Positions 24,515-36,092 of a DNA stretch of 39,065 nucleotides are shown piece after piece. The stretch lies in contig NW_027276479.1 of assembly GCF_030028105.1 (NCBI RefSeq), positions 1-39,065 of the forward strand, in the 5' to 3' direction. Every line of letters begins with the position of its first letter. The stretch's first letter is position 1. This DNA is from Mobula birostris. Lineage: Eukaryota. Below the pieces are notes generated by a model. The model worked only from the letters and a program-made list of their open reading frames with translations. It had not been told where the DNA came from and ran no database searches. Made by a program: the position numbers and the translations under genes.

Positions 24515-25363
24515 TGCGCCGAGCATCATTTCAAATCAAAACCCAAAAGCAGAGCGAAGTTGGAAGGCCAGTTGGTGTTGGATGACAGTTTCAGTATTTG
24601 CTGAGAAAAATACGTACGAAAGACTGTTCTTTTGATTTGGTAATTAATCAGAGGTTAAGGAACTACCACCAGTAAAAACACGATTATGAATTTTCCGTTG
24701 TGTATTATTTCCAACTCTGTCTCACTTTCTCTGTCTCTGACTATCTCTCCCTAGATACCTATCAACCTCTCTATCTGTATATCTATATGTCTATCTCTCC
24801 ATCCAACGATGTATGTATGTATGTATCTATGTATCGATCGATCTCGCTACCAGTCAATTATCTAACTGTATTTCTACTTTCTGTTCATCGGTTGAAATCT
24901 CACTGGTATCTGTTCTGGGGAAGGTTTGCCCTGTACAACAGGGACGGGCTACACATGAGCGCAAGGGGGGACAAATTCTCTTCCTGGCCGGTTTGTTAAA
25001 GGTGCTCAGGAGGGTTTAAGCTAATTATTAATCTACAAATAAATAATTCATACAAACACAACATAGATTTGTTATTATTGCCAGAAGTCAAAATGAATAT
25101 TGTTTTGAATGCCATCTCTGCACATAATTTAACTCATTCAGTTGTAAATGTTGCTGTGGCTCAAAGGGTGCTTGCCACGTTTCTTCAGCTCCGTGAGAAA
25201 TTCGAGGCGCTTTTTTTTGTGTTAAGTGTTCCTGCGTCGTTACCTGTTTTTTTTTTCCTGATCTGAATTCCTGATATTCAGTTTTGGGTTGTGCGGATGG
25301 GAAGAATCAAAATGCAATTGCAGTGTTATGCTGGACGCGACCCGGACAGTGAAGCTCAATGCG

Positions 25364-25380
25364 CAGCGACCCCTATTGGT
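25364..25380 (-). promoter_or_regulatory. Weaker CTCF-like site about 40 bp beyond the V5 RSS
   Basis: Minus strand ACCAATAGGGGTCGCTG; two core mismatches. Confidence 0.35.
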
Positions 25381-25421
25381 GGGAAATAGCGGGTTCTGAG
25401 CCTTCAGTGATTGTGCAGAAC

Positions 25422-25460
25422 AGTTTTTGTCAGAGGCGGCTCGACTTCTCAACCCTTGTG
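25422..25460 (-). other. 23-RSS of V5 (degenerate heptamer)
   Basis: CACAAGG + 23 bp + ACAAAAACT. Confidence 0.85.
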
Positions 25461-25910
25461 CGCTACTAGAGGCGCAGAAATAGACGGCCGAGTGAAAGTG
25501 CGAGGCGTTCTTTAGTTCCAGTTGAAAGAAAGTGCTGCTGGGTCTTGTTGCCGCGTAGGATTTCGACGTCTAACTGTTGACTATATCTTTCCCAGTAGAA
25601 TAGAAAAGAGCTTCTACTGTGCCGTCCGGTTTCTGTCTGTACCAGTACATTTCAGGATAGGCCGAATTCAGCAGTGTGCATTGGACGGTGCTTGACTCAC
25701 CAAATCCAATTGACAGGGAAGGGGGCGACTGTTCCACGTACACGACCAGAATCCCTGCAAGGAAGAAATTCCATTAGAGCCTAATTTATCTCAACAAATG
25801 GTAGCCCGTTCTCCGAACCTGAGTTACCTTCCCCAGAACCATTGTTATCCTGACTTACGCGGGATCAATGCCACGATCAGCGGAGAACGATATGTTTCAC
25901 GCATCATCAT
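25461..25910 (-). pseudogene. TRBV: TCR V segment V5 (CASS type) pseudogene (leader 25910-25859, V exon 25754-25461); not captured as a V domain by the ORF track
   Basis: Leader MMMRETYRSPLIVALIP C|GTAAGT; acceptor TTGCAG|. Exon ILVVYVEQSPPSLSIGFGESSTVQCTLLNSAYPEMYWYRQKPDGTVEALFYSTGKDIVNS*TSKSYAATRPSSTFFQLELKNASHFHSAVYFCASS with TAG at 25570-25572. Confidence 0.87.
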
Positions 25911-26008
25911 TCACAGGATAGAGACGAGCGGGCTTTGGGATGGAGTGCCGTTCAAGTCCAGCTTTCAAAAGAAGTATTCTGCGGTGCCCGATATAATTGC
26001 TCATGTCG

Positions 26009-26037
26009 ATTGGTCCTGTGACGTCTGTCATTTCCTG
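26009..26037 (-). promoter_or_regulatory. V5 promoter ETS/CRE/CCAAT module
   Basis: Minus strand CAGGAAATGACAGACGTCACAGGACCAAT about 100 bp upstream of the V5 ATG; a CRE is a known conserved TRBV promoter element. Confidence 0.6.
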
Positions 26038-26728
26038 TGTAATTTCTTCTGTCGTCATTGGAAAGCCAAAAGAGAGTGGCGGTCGCGTTAGTGAGGAAAG
26101 GTAACTACAGGACTGCAGACACACAGACACACACACACACACACACACACACAGCCACGCACAGACACGCTCAGACGCATACACTCCCGTACATACACAG
26201 AGATCGATCTATTTATGCCTATCTTCCTGAGTTATTAATAACGCTTCCGTGTGTATGCCTGCTGATCCTGGACTCTCAGGCTGAAAGCGCGTCATAGTCA
26301 CAGGGAATTTCCAGGCGGGTTGATGCAGAAGATGTGGTTTTACTGCAGCTGTGCGGGGAAGTAGGGAGGTGGGGGTTGTGGGGGGGGGGGCGAATATCAT
26401 TTGTCGCCTTGTACGAGGAGAAGCGATCAATAATGTAAAATCTGTTTCTAGCTCCCGTTGGGCAACTTCTGGCTGGAATATAACGAAAGATTAGAAGCAG
26501 CGAATGTATGCAGGGGCAACAATAGGGAAAACACGCGCGCACACACACACACACACACCCCTACTTATCTATCTGTGTACCTTTTTATCTATCTATCTAT
26601 CTATCTATCTATCTCTATCTCGATCTGAATCTTTATCTATCAATCTTCCTGAATTATTCGTAAAGCATTTGTGTGCGTCGACTGATCTCGGACTCACATG
26701 CTGAGAGCGTGAAAGTTACAGGGAATTT

Positions 26729-29634
26729 CTGCCATTGATCTCGCCGGCTCCAACACCTCAGGGCATATTCAAAATCCGGACTCCAGCAACGACCATGGAC
26801 ACCTTCACAGCGATTGCGCAACCACCACTGCGACTCCAGCCTTGAACTCCAGGCCGGGTCTTTATGTGCTGCTGTTGTGACTCCCGTCTCCCCTTCCCCC
26901 ACCACTACTCCGCAGCCCCGTCTTCCTCAGATCCCACCGTCAACTCCTGGACCCTCAGAGGCTCCAACTTCCTCTCACCCCAACCCTCCCCTCTCCACTG
27001 ACACCCCCGGCCTCCCCCCTCACCCCTCTGATCCCAGCTCTCATCCGTGCCGGGTCTTTACCATCCCCTCCGACCTTCAACTGTCGGAGGCAGAACGCTC
27101 TGTTCTCAGTAAGGGCCTCACGTTTGTCCCCCTTCGCCCACACCTCAGCGAGTTCCGTGTTCGCCATGATGCGGAACTTTTCTTCCGCCGTCTCCTTCTC
27201 CGAGCGTACTTCTTCGGCAAGGACTCTTCCACCCCCACCGATGACCCCTTCTCCCGTCTTCAACCCTCCTCTTCTTCATGGACACCCCGCTCTGGTCTTC
27301 TGCCTGCTCTGGATTTCTTTATCGCTAATTGCCGACGGGACATCAACCGTCTCCACTTCACCGCACCTTTTCCCCATTCCAACCTCACTCCTTCGGAACG
27401 CTCTGCTCTCCACTCCCTCCGCACTAATCCTAACCTTATTATTAAACCCGCCGATAAGGGGTGTGCTGTTGTAGTCTGGCGTACCGACCTCTGCCTTGCC
27501 AAGGCACAGCGACAACTCGCGGATACCTCCTCTTATTTACCCCTCGATCGTGACCCCACTAAGGAACACCAGGACATTGTCTCCCACACCATCACCGACT
27601 TTATCCGCTCAGGGGATCTCCCATCCACTGCTACCAACCTTATAGTTCCCACACCCCGCACTTCCCGTTTCTACCTCCTACCCAATATCCACAAACCTGC
27701 CTGTCCTGGCCGACCTATTGTCTCAGCTTGCTCCTGCCCCACCGAACTCGTTTCTGCATACCTCGACACGGTTTTATCACCCCTTGTTCAATCCCTTCCG
27801 ACCTATGTTCGTGACACTTCTCACGCTCTTAAACTTCTCGATGATTTTAAGTTCCCTGGCCCCCACCGCTTTATTTTCACCATGGATGTCCAGTCCTTAT
27901 ATACTTCCATTCCCCATCAGGAAGGTCTCAAAGCTCTACGCTTCTTTTTGGATTCCAGACCTAATCAGTTCCCCTCTACCACCACTCTGCTCCGTCTAGC
28001 GGAATTAGTCCTTACTCTTAATAATTTCTCCTTTGGCTCCTCCCACGTCCTCCAAACTAAAGGTGTAGATATGGGCACCCGTATGGGTCCTAGCTATGCC
28101 TGCCTTTTTGTTGGGTTTGTGGAACAATCTATGTTCCGTGTCTATTCTGGTATCTGTCCCCCACTTTTCCTTCGCTACATCGACGACTGCATTGGCGCTG
28201 CTTCCTGCACGCATGCAGAACTCGTTGACTTTATTAACTTTGCCTCCAACTTTCACCCTGCTCTCAAGTTTACCTGGTCCATTTCCGACACCTCCCTCCC
28301 CTTTCTAGATCTTTCTGTCTCTGTCTCTGGAGACAGCTTATCCACTAATGTCTACTATAAGCCTACCGACTCTCACAGCTATCTGGACTATTCCTCTTCT
28401 CACCCTGTCTCTTGCAAAAACGCCATCCCCTTCTCGAAATTCCTCCTTCTCCGCCGCATCTGCTCTCAGGATGAGGCTTTTCATTCTAGGACGAAGGAGA
28501 TATCTTCCTTTTTTAAAGAAAGGGGCTTCCCTTCCTCCACTATCAACTCTGCTCTTAAACGCATCTCCCTCATTTCACGTACATCTGCTCTCACTCCATC
28601 CTCCCGCCACCCCACTAGGAATAGGGCTCCCCTGGTCCTCACCTACCACCCCACCAGCCTCCGGGTCCAACATATTATTCTCCGTAACTTCCGCCACCTC
28701 CAACGGGATCCCACCACTAAGCACATCTTTCCCTCCCCCCCTCTCTCTGCATTCCGCAGGGATCGCTCCCGACGCAGCTCCCTTGTCCATTCGTCCCCCC
28801 CCCCATCCCTCCCCACTGATCTCCCTCCTGGCACTTATCCGTGTAAGCGGAACAAGTGCTACACATGCCCTTACACTTCCTCACTTACCACCATTCAGGT
28901 CCCTAAACAGTCCTTCCAGGTGAGGCAACACTTCACCTGTAAGTCGGCTGGGGTGATATACTGCGTCCGGTGCTCCCGATGTGGCCTTGTATATATTGGC
29001 GAGACCCGACGCAGACTGGGAGACCGCTTTGCTGAACATCTACGCTCTGTCCGCCAGAGAAAGCAGGATCTCCCAGTGGCCACACATTTTAATTCCATAT
29101 CCCATTCCCATTCTGACATGTCTATCCACGGCCTCCTCTACTGTAAAGATGAAGCCACACTCAGGTTGGAGGAACAACACCCTATATTCCATCTGGGTAG
29201 CCTCCAACCTGATGGCATGAACATCGACTTCTCTAACTTCCGCTAAGGCCCCACCTCCCCCTCGTACCCCATCTGTTACTTATTTTTATGCACACATTCT
29301 TTCGCTCACTCTCCTTTTTCTCCCTCTGTCCCCCTGAATATACCTCTTGCCCATCCTCTGGGTCCCCCCCCCCCCTTGTCTTTCTTCCCGGAACTCCTGC
29401 CCCATGATCCTCTCGTATCCCCTTTTGCCTATCACCTGTCCAGCTCTTGGCTCTATCCCTCCCCCTCCTGTCTTCTCCTATCATTTTGGATCTCCCCCTC
29501 CCCCTCCAACTTTCAAATCCCTTACTCACTCTTCCTTCAGTTAGTCCTGACGAAGGGTCTCGGCCTGAAACGTCGACTGCACCTCTTCCTACGGCCTGTC
29601 CTATTGCGTTCACCAGCAACTTTGATGTGTGTTG
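26729..29634 (+). mobile_element. Penelope-like retroelement, 5' truncated, 9-bp TSD
   Basis: ORF 26814-29246 with RT and GIY-YIG motifs, then a 3' UTR; AGGGAATTT at 26720-26728 and 29635-29643. Confidence 0.9.
26814..29246 (+). CDS. Penelope-like RT + GIY-YIG endonuclease, 810 aa
   Basis: KPADKG, TMDVQSLYTSIP, MGTRMGPSYA, RYIDD, LPFLDL; GVIYCVRCSRCGLVYIGETRR. Confidence 0.9.
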   Translation: MRNHHCDSSLELQAGSLCAAVVTPVSPSPTTTPQPRLPQIPPSTPGPSEAPTSSHPNPPLSTDTPGLPPHPSDPSSHPCRVFTIPSDLQLSEAERSVLSKGLTFVPLRPHLSEFRVRHDAELFFRRLLLRAYFFGKDSSTPTDDPFSRLQPSSSSWTPRSGLLPALDFFIANCRRDINRLHFTAPFPHSNLTPSERSALHSLRTNPNLIIKPADKGCAVVVWRTDLCLAKAQRQLADTSSYLPLDRDPTKEHQDIVSHTITDFIRSGDLPSTATNLIVPTPRTSRFYLLPNIHKPACPGRPIVSACSCPTELVSAYLDTVLSPLVQSLPTYVRDTSHALKLLDDFKFPGPHRFIFTMDVQSLYTSIPHQEGLKALRFFLDSRPNQFPSTTTLLRLAELVLTLNNFSFGSSHVLQTKGVDMGTRMGPSYACLFVGFVEQSMFRVYSGICPPLFLRYIDDCIGAASCTHAELVDFINFASNFHPALKFTWSISDTSLPFLDLSVSVSGDSLSTNVYYKPTDSHSYLDYSSSHPVSCKNAIPFSKFLLLRRICSQDEAFHSRTKEISSFFKERGFPSSTINSALKRISLISRTSALTPSSRHPTRNRAPLVLTYHPTSLRVQHIILRNFRHLQRDPTTKHIFPSPPLSAFRRDRSRRSSLVHSSPPPSLPTDLPPGTYPCKRNKCYTCPYTSSLTTIQVPKQSFQVRQHFTCKSAGVIYCVRCSRCGLVYIGETRRRLGDRFAEHLRSVRQRKQDLPVATHFNSISHSHSDMSIHGLLYCKDEATLRLEEQHPIFHLGSLQPDGMNIDFSNFR

Positions 29635-29749
29635 AGGGAATTTTGTGGCCGGTTGATGCAGAATTTGTGGTTTCGCAGCCGCTCTCCGGCTGACAATGAA
29701 CAGCGTTCGTGCCCAAGTCCTCAGAATGGGCAAGAAATGAGCTTCCGGC

Positions 29750-29935
29750 AGCCGCGGTGGAGGCGGATACGATTAGGTCTATTTAGAGACTTTTGGAAAG
29801 GGACATGCAGCTTAGAAAAATATAGGGCCATGGGTAAGCCTAGTAATTTCTAAGGTAAGGAATTGTTCGGCACAACTTTGTGGGCCGAAGAGCCTGTATT
29901 ATGCTTTAGGTTTTCTATCTTTCTATGTTTCTAAG
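29750..29935 (+). mobile_element. Short CR1-like 3' end with ctatgtttcta tail
   Basis: cacaactttgtgggccgaagagcctgtattatg..ctatctttctatgtttcta. Confidence 0.55.
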
Positions 29936-30464
29936 ATAGTTTGACCGTATAATGATTATTGGTGCCAGTCCGGAGAATTTGCCTATCTCAGAAACAACTG
30001 AAATCCTGGGAACCTCCTTCACAAAATTCTCCAGTGTTTACAGAGACTGGTGAGAACAAAATAAATTGTGGGAAATTATCTGGGTGAAAACGCCCTGTTT
30101 GGGCCAGAGAACTGCCAGACCCTATTAAGCTGACAGGAAAGCGACAGGAATTCAAATGACCGTGTTACAACAGTGGTGTGCAGAAGAGCATCTCTTAATG
30201 CACAATATGTTGAACCTTGAAGCGGATGGGCTACAAAAGCAGAAGATCACGAACATACACTGAGTGGCCTCCTTATTACGTACAGTGATGTATGTGCTAG
30301 GTGCTTGGCACCTGCGCAGTGCTGTGTGCCGTTCGCCTGGGACAGTGAGCAACGGTACATAGTCTGTTGCTGCCCCCACGCGGCAAAAAGCCCGTTCTGC
30401 AGCCCTCATGAATAGGTTGAAGAGATTTCTGTTGTCGCGGTCTGTATGGAAAAGTACAAGCATT

Positions 30465-30905
30465 GGACTTTTCAGGCCGAGACCATTCATCAGAGCTGAG
30501 AGGAAAGTTGGGGGAGGGGCGGCAGATGACAGAAATAAAAGTTGTGGGACGGGAAAAAGACCAGCTGGAAGGTGATATTTGAGGACAGATGGGTGGGAAG
30601 GGTCATGGACTGGAGAAGAAAGAATATCATAGGAGAGGTGAGTGGATAACAGGCGAAACGGAAGCAGGGGATGGGTGAGGGGGTAATGATGGATAGGTGC
30701 GAAGAAGTAAAATGTCTGAATGCGGAAAAGAGGCGAGGGAGAATCGATGTGCAGACGATCAGGTTGGAGGGTAGAAAGATGGAATATAAGACGTCGCTCC
30801 TGCACCTTGAGGGTGGCCTCCACCTGACAGGAGAAGAGGCCGTGGACCGACACGTCGGAAGCGGAATGGGAATCGGAATTAAAAGTTTGGCCACAGTAAA
30901 TTCCC
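30465..30905 (-). mobile_element. Degenerate Penelope-like 3' fragment; ends approximate
   Basis: SVHGLFSCQVEATLKVQERRLIFHLSTLQPD matches the C-terminus of the 810-aa ORF. Confidence 0.75.
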
Positions 30906-31254
30906 TGTGCAGTTATGCGGTGAAAAGCTTGTTCGCAGAGATCAATGCATTGGACGGTGCATTGCGATAGAGAAATGTAAGTTCATAAATTCGCTTATAA
31001 TTGCCACATCTATCGAGTTCTGGGCAAAGCTGCCAAACTCCAGGAAAAGGATCATTTCCCCTCGATTTATTTAAGCTCCCAAGTCTTTGTAATTTCGGAC
31101 ATCTACCAACAGGTGTAAGAAGACCTGCTTACTTCACCTCCCTTCTGCTGAACCTAATATTCTCCAGTAATGAGAGCCACATGTTTTACCTCTTGAAACA
31201 TCATGAGTTCCGTATCGAGCTGTCTTCCGCATTCAGTCTCTCCCTTTCTCTCTC

Positions 31255-31475
31255 TGCCTGAGTCTCTCATTGGCAACCTGTCCAGCTCTTGGTTCCATCC
31301 CTCCCACTCCTGTCTTCTCCGATCTCCCACTCCCCCTCCCACTTTCAAATCTCTTACTAACTCTTCCTTCAGTTAGTCCTGACGAAGTGTCTCGGCCTGA
31401 AACGTCGACTGTGCCTCTTCCTAGAGATGCTGCCTGGCCTGCTGCTTCACCAGCAACTTTGCTGTGTGTTGCGTG
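31255..31475 (+). mobile_element. Penelope-like 3' UTR fragment
   Basis: Near-identical to 29425-29630 (gttagtcctgacgaag..cggcctgaaacgtcgactg). Confidence 0.8.
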
Positions 31476-31999
31476 TACACCGAAGTTCCTCTGTCCCCTG
31501 ACACGCCTAACCATTCACGGTCTTTTTAGTACCACGTACACCGCGGCCCCTCTGTTCCTCAACATTCCCCACCATGTACAGTATCTTTGTCGAACACTTA
31601 TGTCCCGTGTTTCCTCTGTTCCGAATCCGTACGGTATTCTTCGTACTCTGTGTTTCCAACAACAGACAAAAAAGACACGAGCGGGAAATTTATCTTGGGG
31701 AGTGAACATTATTGGCGCACTCAGTGGTTCTGGTTCTCCCGGACCGATGACGTGTGGGAAGGCAGGAAATGACGAGGAAGAATAGACTGGAAAGGCGAGT
31801 GTGCGAATTGTATTCACCCAACTGGATGCTTCAGAAGAGAAGGGAAATGAAAAGCTACGGTACAATAACATCGCCCCTTATTTCACTGATTGGACGCTGC
31901 GCCGCTCACAACTGAACGATAGGCCCACCTCCCACCATATGATTGACAGGAGTCGTGTTTCCTGTTTTTGCTGACAGCAACGACACTTCTGATAGTGAG

Positions 32000-32038
32000 A
32001 GTTTTTGTACAGCTGCCCAGTCACTCTGTTCCGCCGTG
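32000..32038 (-). other. 23-RSS of V4a (non-canonical heptamer)
   Basis: CACGGCG + 23 bp + ACAAAAACT. Confidence 0.88.
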
Positions 32039-32673
32039 AATACTCCAGGCACAGAGATACGCGGCCGACGATTTAGCCTCCAGTTTGTCGGACTTCAGGA
32101 GGAATTCGTTGGTCCTCGGTCTCTCCGCCGTAAAACCGCCGACCAATTTCTCCGGTTGCACTGAATTAGCTGCGGTCGAGTGAAACATGTACTCCGGTCG
32201 GTTTCCCGGGAATTGTCGGTACCAGTACAACCAGTCGATAGCACTGACACTGCCCTCTACTGTGCAATTCAGGGTCACCTTCTGGCCGGGAGTTCCGGAG
32301 AAACCCGGAGTCTGGTGGATCGTCACCGAGGTCGCGTCTGGAAAAGGAGACGGGGGTGGAAAATGCGGTGATTGATCAGGGAGACCCAGGTCAATAGGGA
32401 AGGGCAGAAAGATGGTGCATTGAGGGAAGGAAGGAGAATATCTGGGGTTGGGAAAGATGGAGAGGAGGACGGAATTAGAGGCGGCAGCAGAGGGAAGATA
32501 GTGTTCGGACGCGAGGTCCGGTAAATAAATTTTGAAATATTCCGAGACTACTGGAAGGTAAAACACGTGAAAGGAATCTGAAAGGAAGAGAGGAGCAAAG
32601 AAATAAAAATTAATATTGTTTGTCAACATCACTCACAGTGGAAGGCGAGGAGAAACCGCAGAAATAAAAGCAT
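32039..32673 (-). CDS. TRBV: TCR V segment V4a, intact (leader 32673-32637, V exon 32337-32039)
   Basis: Leader MLLFLRFLLAFH T|GTGAGT; acceptor TTTTCCAG|; open exon ATSVTIHQTPGFSGTPGQKVTLNC..WLYWYRQ..AERPRTNEFLLKSDKLEAKSSAAYLCAWSI. Confidence 0.88.
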
Positions 32674-32753
32674 CTTCCTTGGAGGGTTTATTCTCTCAGT
32701 GATGAAAGTGTTGTGTGCGGCAGAGACGAGTCCATTCACTTGTTACTGATATC

Positions 32754-32763
32754 AGTGACGTCG
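32754..32763. promoter_or_regulatory. CRE-like element (V-beta decamer-like) in the V4a promoter
   Basis: AGTGACGTCG about 80 bp upstream of the V4a ATG; related AGTGACGTAG at 34662 upstream of V4b. Confidence 0.5.
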
Positions 32764-32856
32764 GTGGACTTGCGGAAGTAGCGATCAGCCACGCCCCTTC
32801 CATGAACCTATCCGATCTCAGGGATGTGTTGTTATGCTCCACTAATTAAAGCAGCC

Positions 32857-32859
<3 letters not shown>

Positions 32860-32932
<73 letters not shown>
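32860..32932. repeat. (CT)n microsatellite (another at about 35035-35095)
   Basis: Direct inspection. Confidence 0.95.
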
Positions 32933-32935
<3 letters not shown>

Positions 32936-33894
32936 ACACACAGACACACGCTCTGAATCGATCTATCTCTCTGCTCAACTTCGTCGCCCTCTGCACGCCC
33001 TATATCTCTTCCTTGCTGACTTTTAATGCTTCTTCGTCTTCGGATTATCGGAATACTAGAGATCCGCTGTGAGAAGAGGGGCCACAACACAGCAATTCTT
33101 TATTGAAAACACGAATCTCTCTGAATAATGACCGTACTCTAAACCACATGTGAAATTTTTGTCCATTTGCAACTCCCGTTGTTAGCCTGTTCTATGTCGC
33201 AGACCTCCTCTCTCAGAAAGCAGGAGACATACGGAGCACACCGGGAACATATTCACTCTCCAAGCTAAAGATTTGGAATCTGTATTCTAAACCCCCCAGA
33301 TCGCAGCTAAACCACGTTTAATAACCCGGGTTCTACATGCAGCAGGTCCCTATATATCGGCTGGCACGCCACATACGCCAAATTTTCCAAATCTGTACGC
33401 GCCAGCAAATCGGGTAACACCCCGTATACGCCGACAACCCCAAATCCGTGCGCACCCGAAAATCCGCCTGACAAAACTATTTCTGTTCCTACCCCCAGAT
33501 CCGCCAACACCCTCATATTCTGTCATCTTCAGTGATTGGTGAACATCAATATCTCTCTGTTCCCTCCAAGGACGCCGTTTTCTGACGTTTGCGGTATGTG
33601 TCCTACAGCTGTTCTCCAGTCTCTCCCTGTTTCCTAACTATCCGGCTGTCCCCTACCCTAGGCTGTAGAATAAAGGAAAGATGGAGTGGGGGAGAGCAGT
33701 GACGATCATATTCACCCATCTGAATGTTAGAGAAGGGAAGGAAATTAGATATCACGGCATAATAGCTCCGCCCCTTATTCACACTGATTGGCCGCAACGG
33801 CGCAGCGCCTGACAGATAGACCCTCCTCCCACCCGATGATTGACAGGAGTCGTATTTCCTGTTTTGATGAAAGCACAGACCCTCCTGACGGCGA

Positions 33895-33933
33895 GGTTTT
33901 TGTTCGGCTGCCCCGTCAGTCTGAGCCGCCGTG
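33895..33933 (-). other. 23-RSS of V4b
   Basis: CACGGCG + 23 bp + ACAAAAACC. Confidence 0.88.
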
Positions 33934-34570
33934 ATAACTCCAAGCGCAGAAATACACAGCCGACGAAATCGCCTCCAGTTTGTCGGACTTCAGGAAGAAC
34001 TCGTTGCTCTGCGATTTGTCCGCCTTAAAACCGTCGACCAATCCCTCCGGTTCGACGGAATTAACTGCTATCGAGCGAAACATGTACTCCGGACTCTTTC
34101 CCGCATATTGTCGGTACCAGTACAATCAGTAATCAGCACTGGTACTACCGTCTACTGTACAATTCAGGGTCACCTTCTGGCCGGCAGTTCCGGAGAAAGC
34201 CGGTGTCTGGTGGATCGTCACCGAGGCCGCGTCTGGAAAAAAGAGACCAGCTTGGCTGAACGGGGAAAAGGGAAGCGGAGATGCGGATCAATGGGGAGGA
34301 GGATAAACAGGGTGCACTGAAGGAAGCGAAAACGATGACTGAAGAAGCGGACACTTCGAGAGAAGATCGGAATTTAATGGCGACGGCAGAGGGCAAAAAG
34401 TCTGCGGACGCGATGGCCAGTAAATTAAGAAGGAATTGGTCCGACACGATGGGAGGGGAAAGCAAGTGGAAGGAACGTGAAAGGTAGACAGAAACAGAGA
34501 ATGAAAAAAAAATATTTGGGAACTTTCACTCACAGCGGAAGGCGAGGATGAATTGCAGAAACAGGAACAT
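33934..34570 (-). pseudogene. TRBV: TCR V segment V4b pseudogene (leader 34570-34534, V exon 34232-33934)
   Basis: Leader MFLFLQFILAFR; in-frame TGA at 34126-34128 in CDR1 (TGG in V4a); remainder open to AVYFCAWSY. Confidence 0.88.
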
Positions 34571-35033
34571 CTTCCTTGGAGGGTTTCCTCTCTCAGTGAT
34601 GAAAGTGGTGCGGGCGGCGGAGACGAATTTATTCACTTCCATCCGGTTTGTTACGTAACCCAGTGACGTAGGAGGATTTGAGGACGTAGCCGTTGGCCAC
34701 GGCCCTCCCATACTCCAACCCGATTCGAGGCTGTTGCTTCCGGTCTACTAGTATGGCCACACAGTACACTCTCTGTCACTGTCCCCGTCCCTCCCTCTCC
34801 CTGTTTTACTCACCTCTTCAGCTCACCATGAGTGATTTTTTAATGCTCCGTATACTTTGTAATTTCGGAAATCTACATCAAACTGTGAAAGAAGGAGGAT
34901 TCAAAGCGAACAGCATCGATGCTCCAACACAATTCGGGAGTTCTGCCGCTTCTGCTCTAACAGTTTGACCAGACAACACTCTCCCTCTCGTCGTCCCACC
35001 TTATCGCTTTCTTCATCTCCCACCCCCGTGACA

Positions 35034-35095
<62 letters not shown>

Positions 35096-35612
35096 TTCAC
35101 TCTTTCACTCTTTCTCTGTCTGAAGATTATTACCTTTCTCTGGGTACGGCCCTCTCCACTCGGTTACCGATAAGCTGAAATAGTTTGTTTCCCTCCTCTG
35201 GTGTCGATCTCATTATCAGTACAAACCTCTGACTTCCTCTGTCCCTCTCTTTCGCCCCTCCATCACCCTCACCCCCGGAGCTCACTATGTGTGATGATTT
35301 TATTGCCACCAAGTCTTTGAATTTGAGGAAAACTACACAGCCGGTATAAGGAGACGGGCCACAATTCACCTCCCTTTCGTTGAAATCAAGGGACTCGCGT
35401 AAAGAGAGCCACACGCCCGATGAAAGGCATTGTGTTCTGCATGGAGTAGCCTTCCATATTCGATATCTCACTTTCTCTCTCTGCCTGAGCCTCTATCTCT
35501 GTCTCCTAGCCCTTGTTCCATCGCAGCCGAAGAAAAGAAATCATCTTTATAAAAGTTATGCTGCCTTTCACTCCCTTCGAAAAATCTAACATAAATTTTA
35601 CTTTAGTGCATT

Positions 35613-35630
35613 TCCGCCCCCTAGTGGTAG
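35613..35630 (-). promoter_or_regulatory. CTCF-like site
   Basis: Minus strand CTACCACTAGGGGGCGGA; near-perfect core CCACTAGGGGGCG. Confidence 0.65.
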
Positions 35631-35931
35631 CGGCCTGTGTGTCCACTTGTCGCCCTCCGATCAAGCTAAATGTTGCATCGCAGCCGAAGAGAAAATTCAC
35701 CTTTGAATTTTACTGCAGAGGAGAGGACGTATCAATGCAATGACTAAACACAAAAGGGGCGTGGGCCGGCTGCCCACATTGTTGGTCTGATCTTGCAGTT
35801 TAGGGACATCAATTCGGAAGGAGGATTGAATTTCCTACCCTCTATCAGGTCTAAACCATGGCCAATGTCGCACGACGTAACTCCGCCAAGAACACCAGCC
35901 CTCTTCATGGTTCTATGAGGTTTTGATTTAC

Positions 35932-35974
35932 TTGAGATCAACGGCAAAATAACTAGCATGCAATGTGTCCTCAT
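35932..35974 (-). other. Orphan V5-type leader exon
   Basis: MRTHCMLVILPLIS A|GTAAAT (phase 1); paralogous to 24325-24373; no V exon of its own before V4b. Confidence 0.65.
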
Positions 35975-36092
35975 GCCAACATCCGCCCCAGAGAGACACC
36001 AGACGCTTTGGCATCAAGTGTAGAACATTGCCAGAATTCAGGAGAAGCACTTTGCGTTGTCTGCTTAGACTGCGGCTATGCTACTGCCCCGT

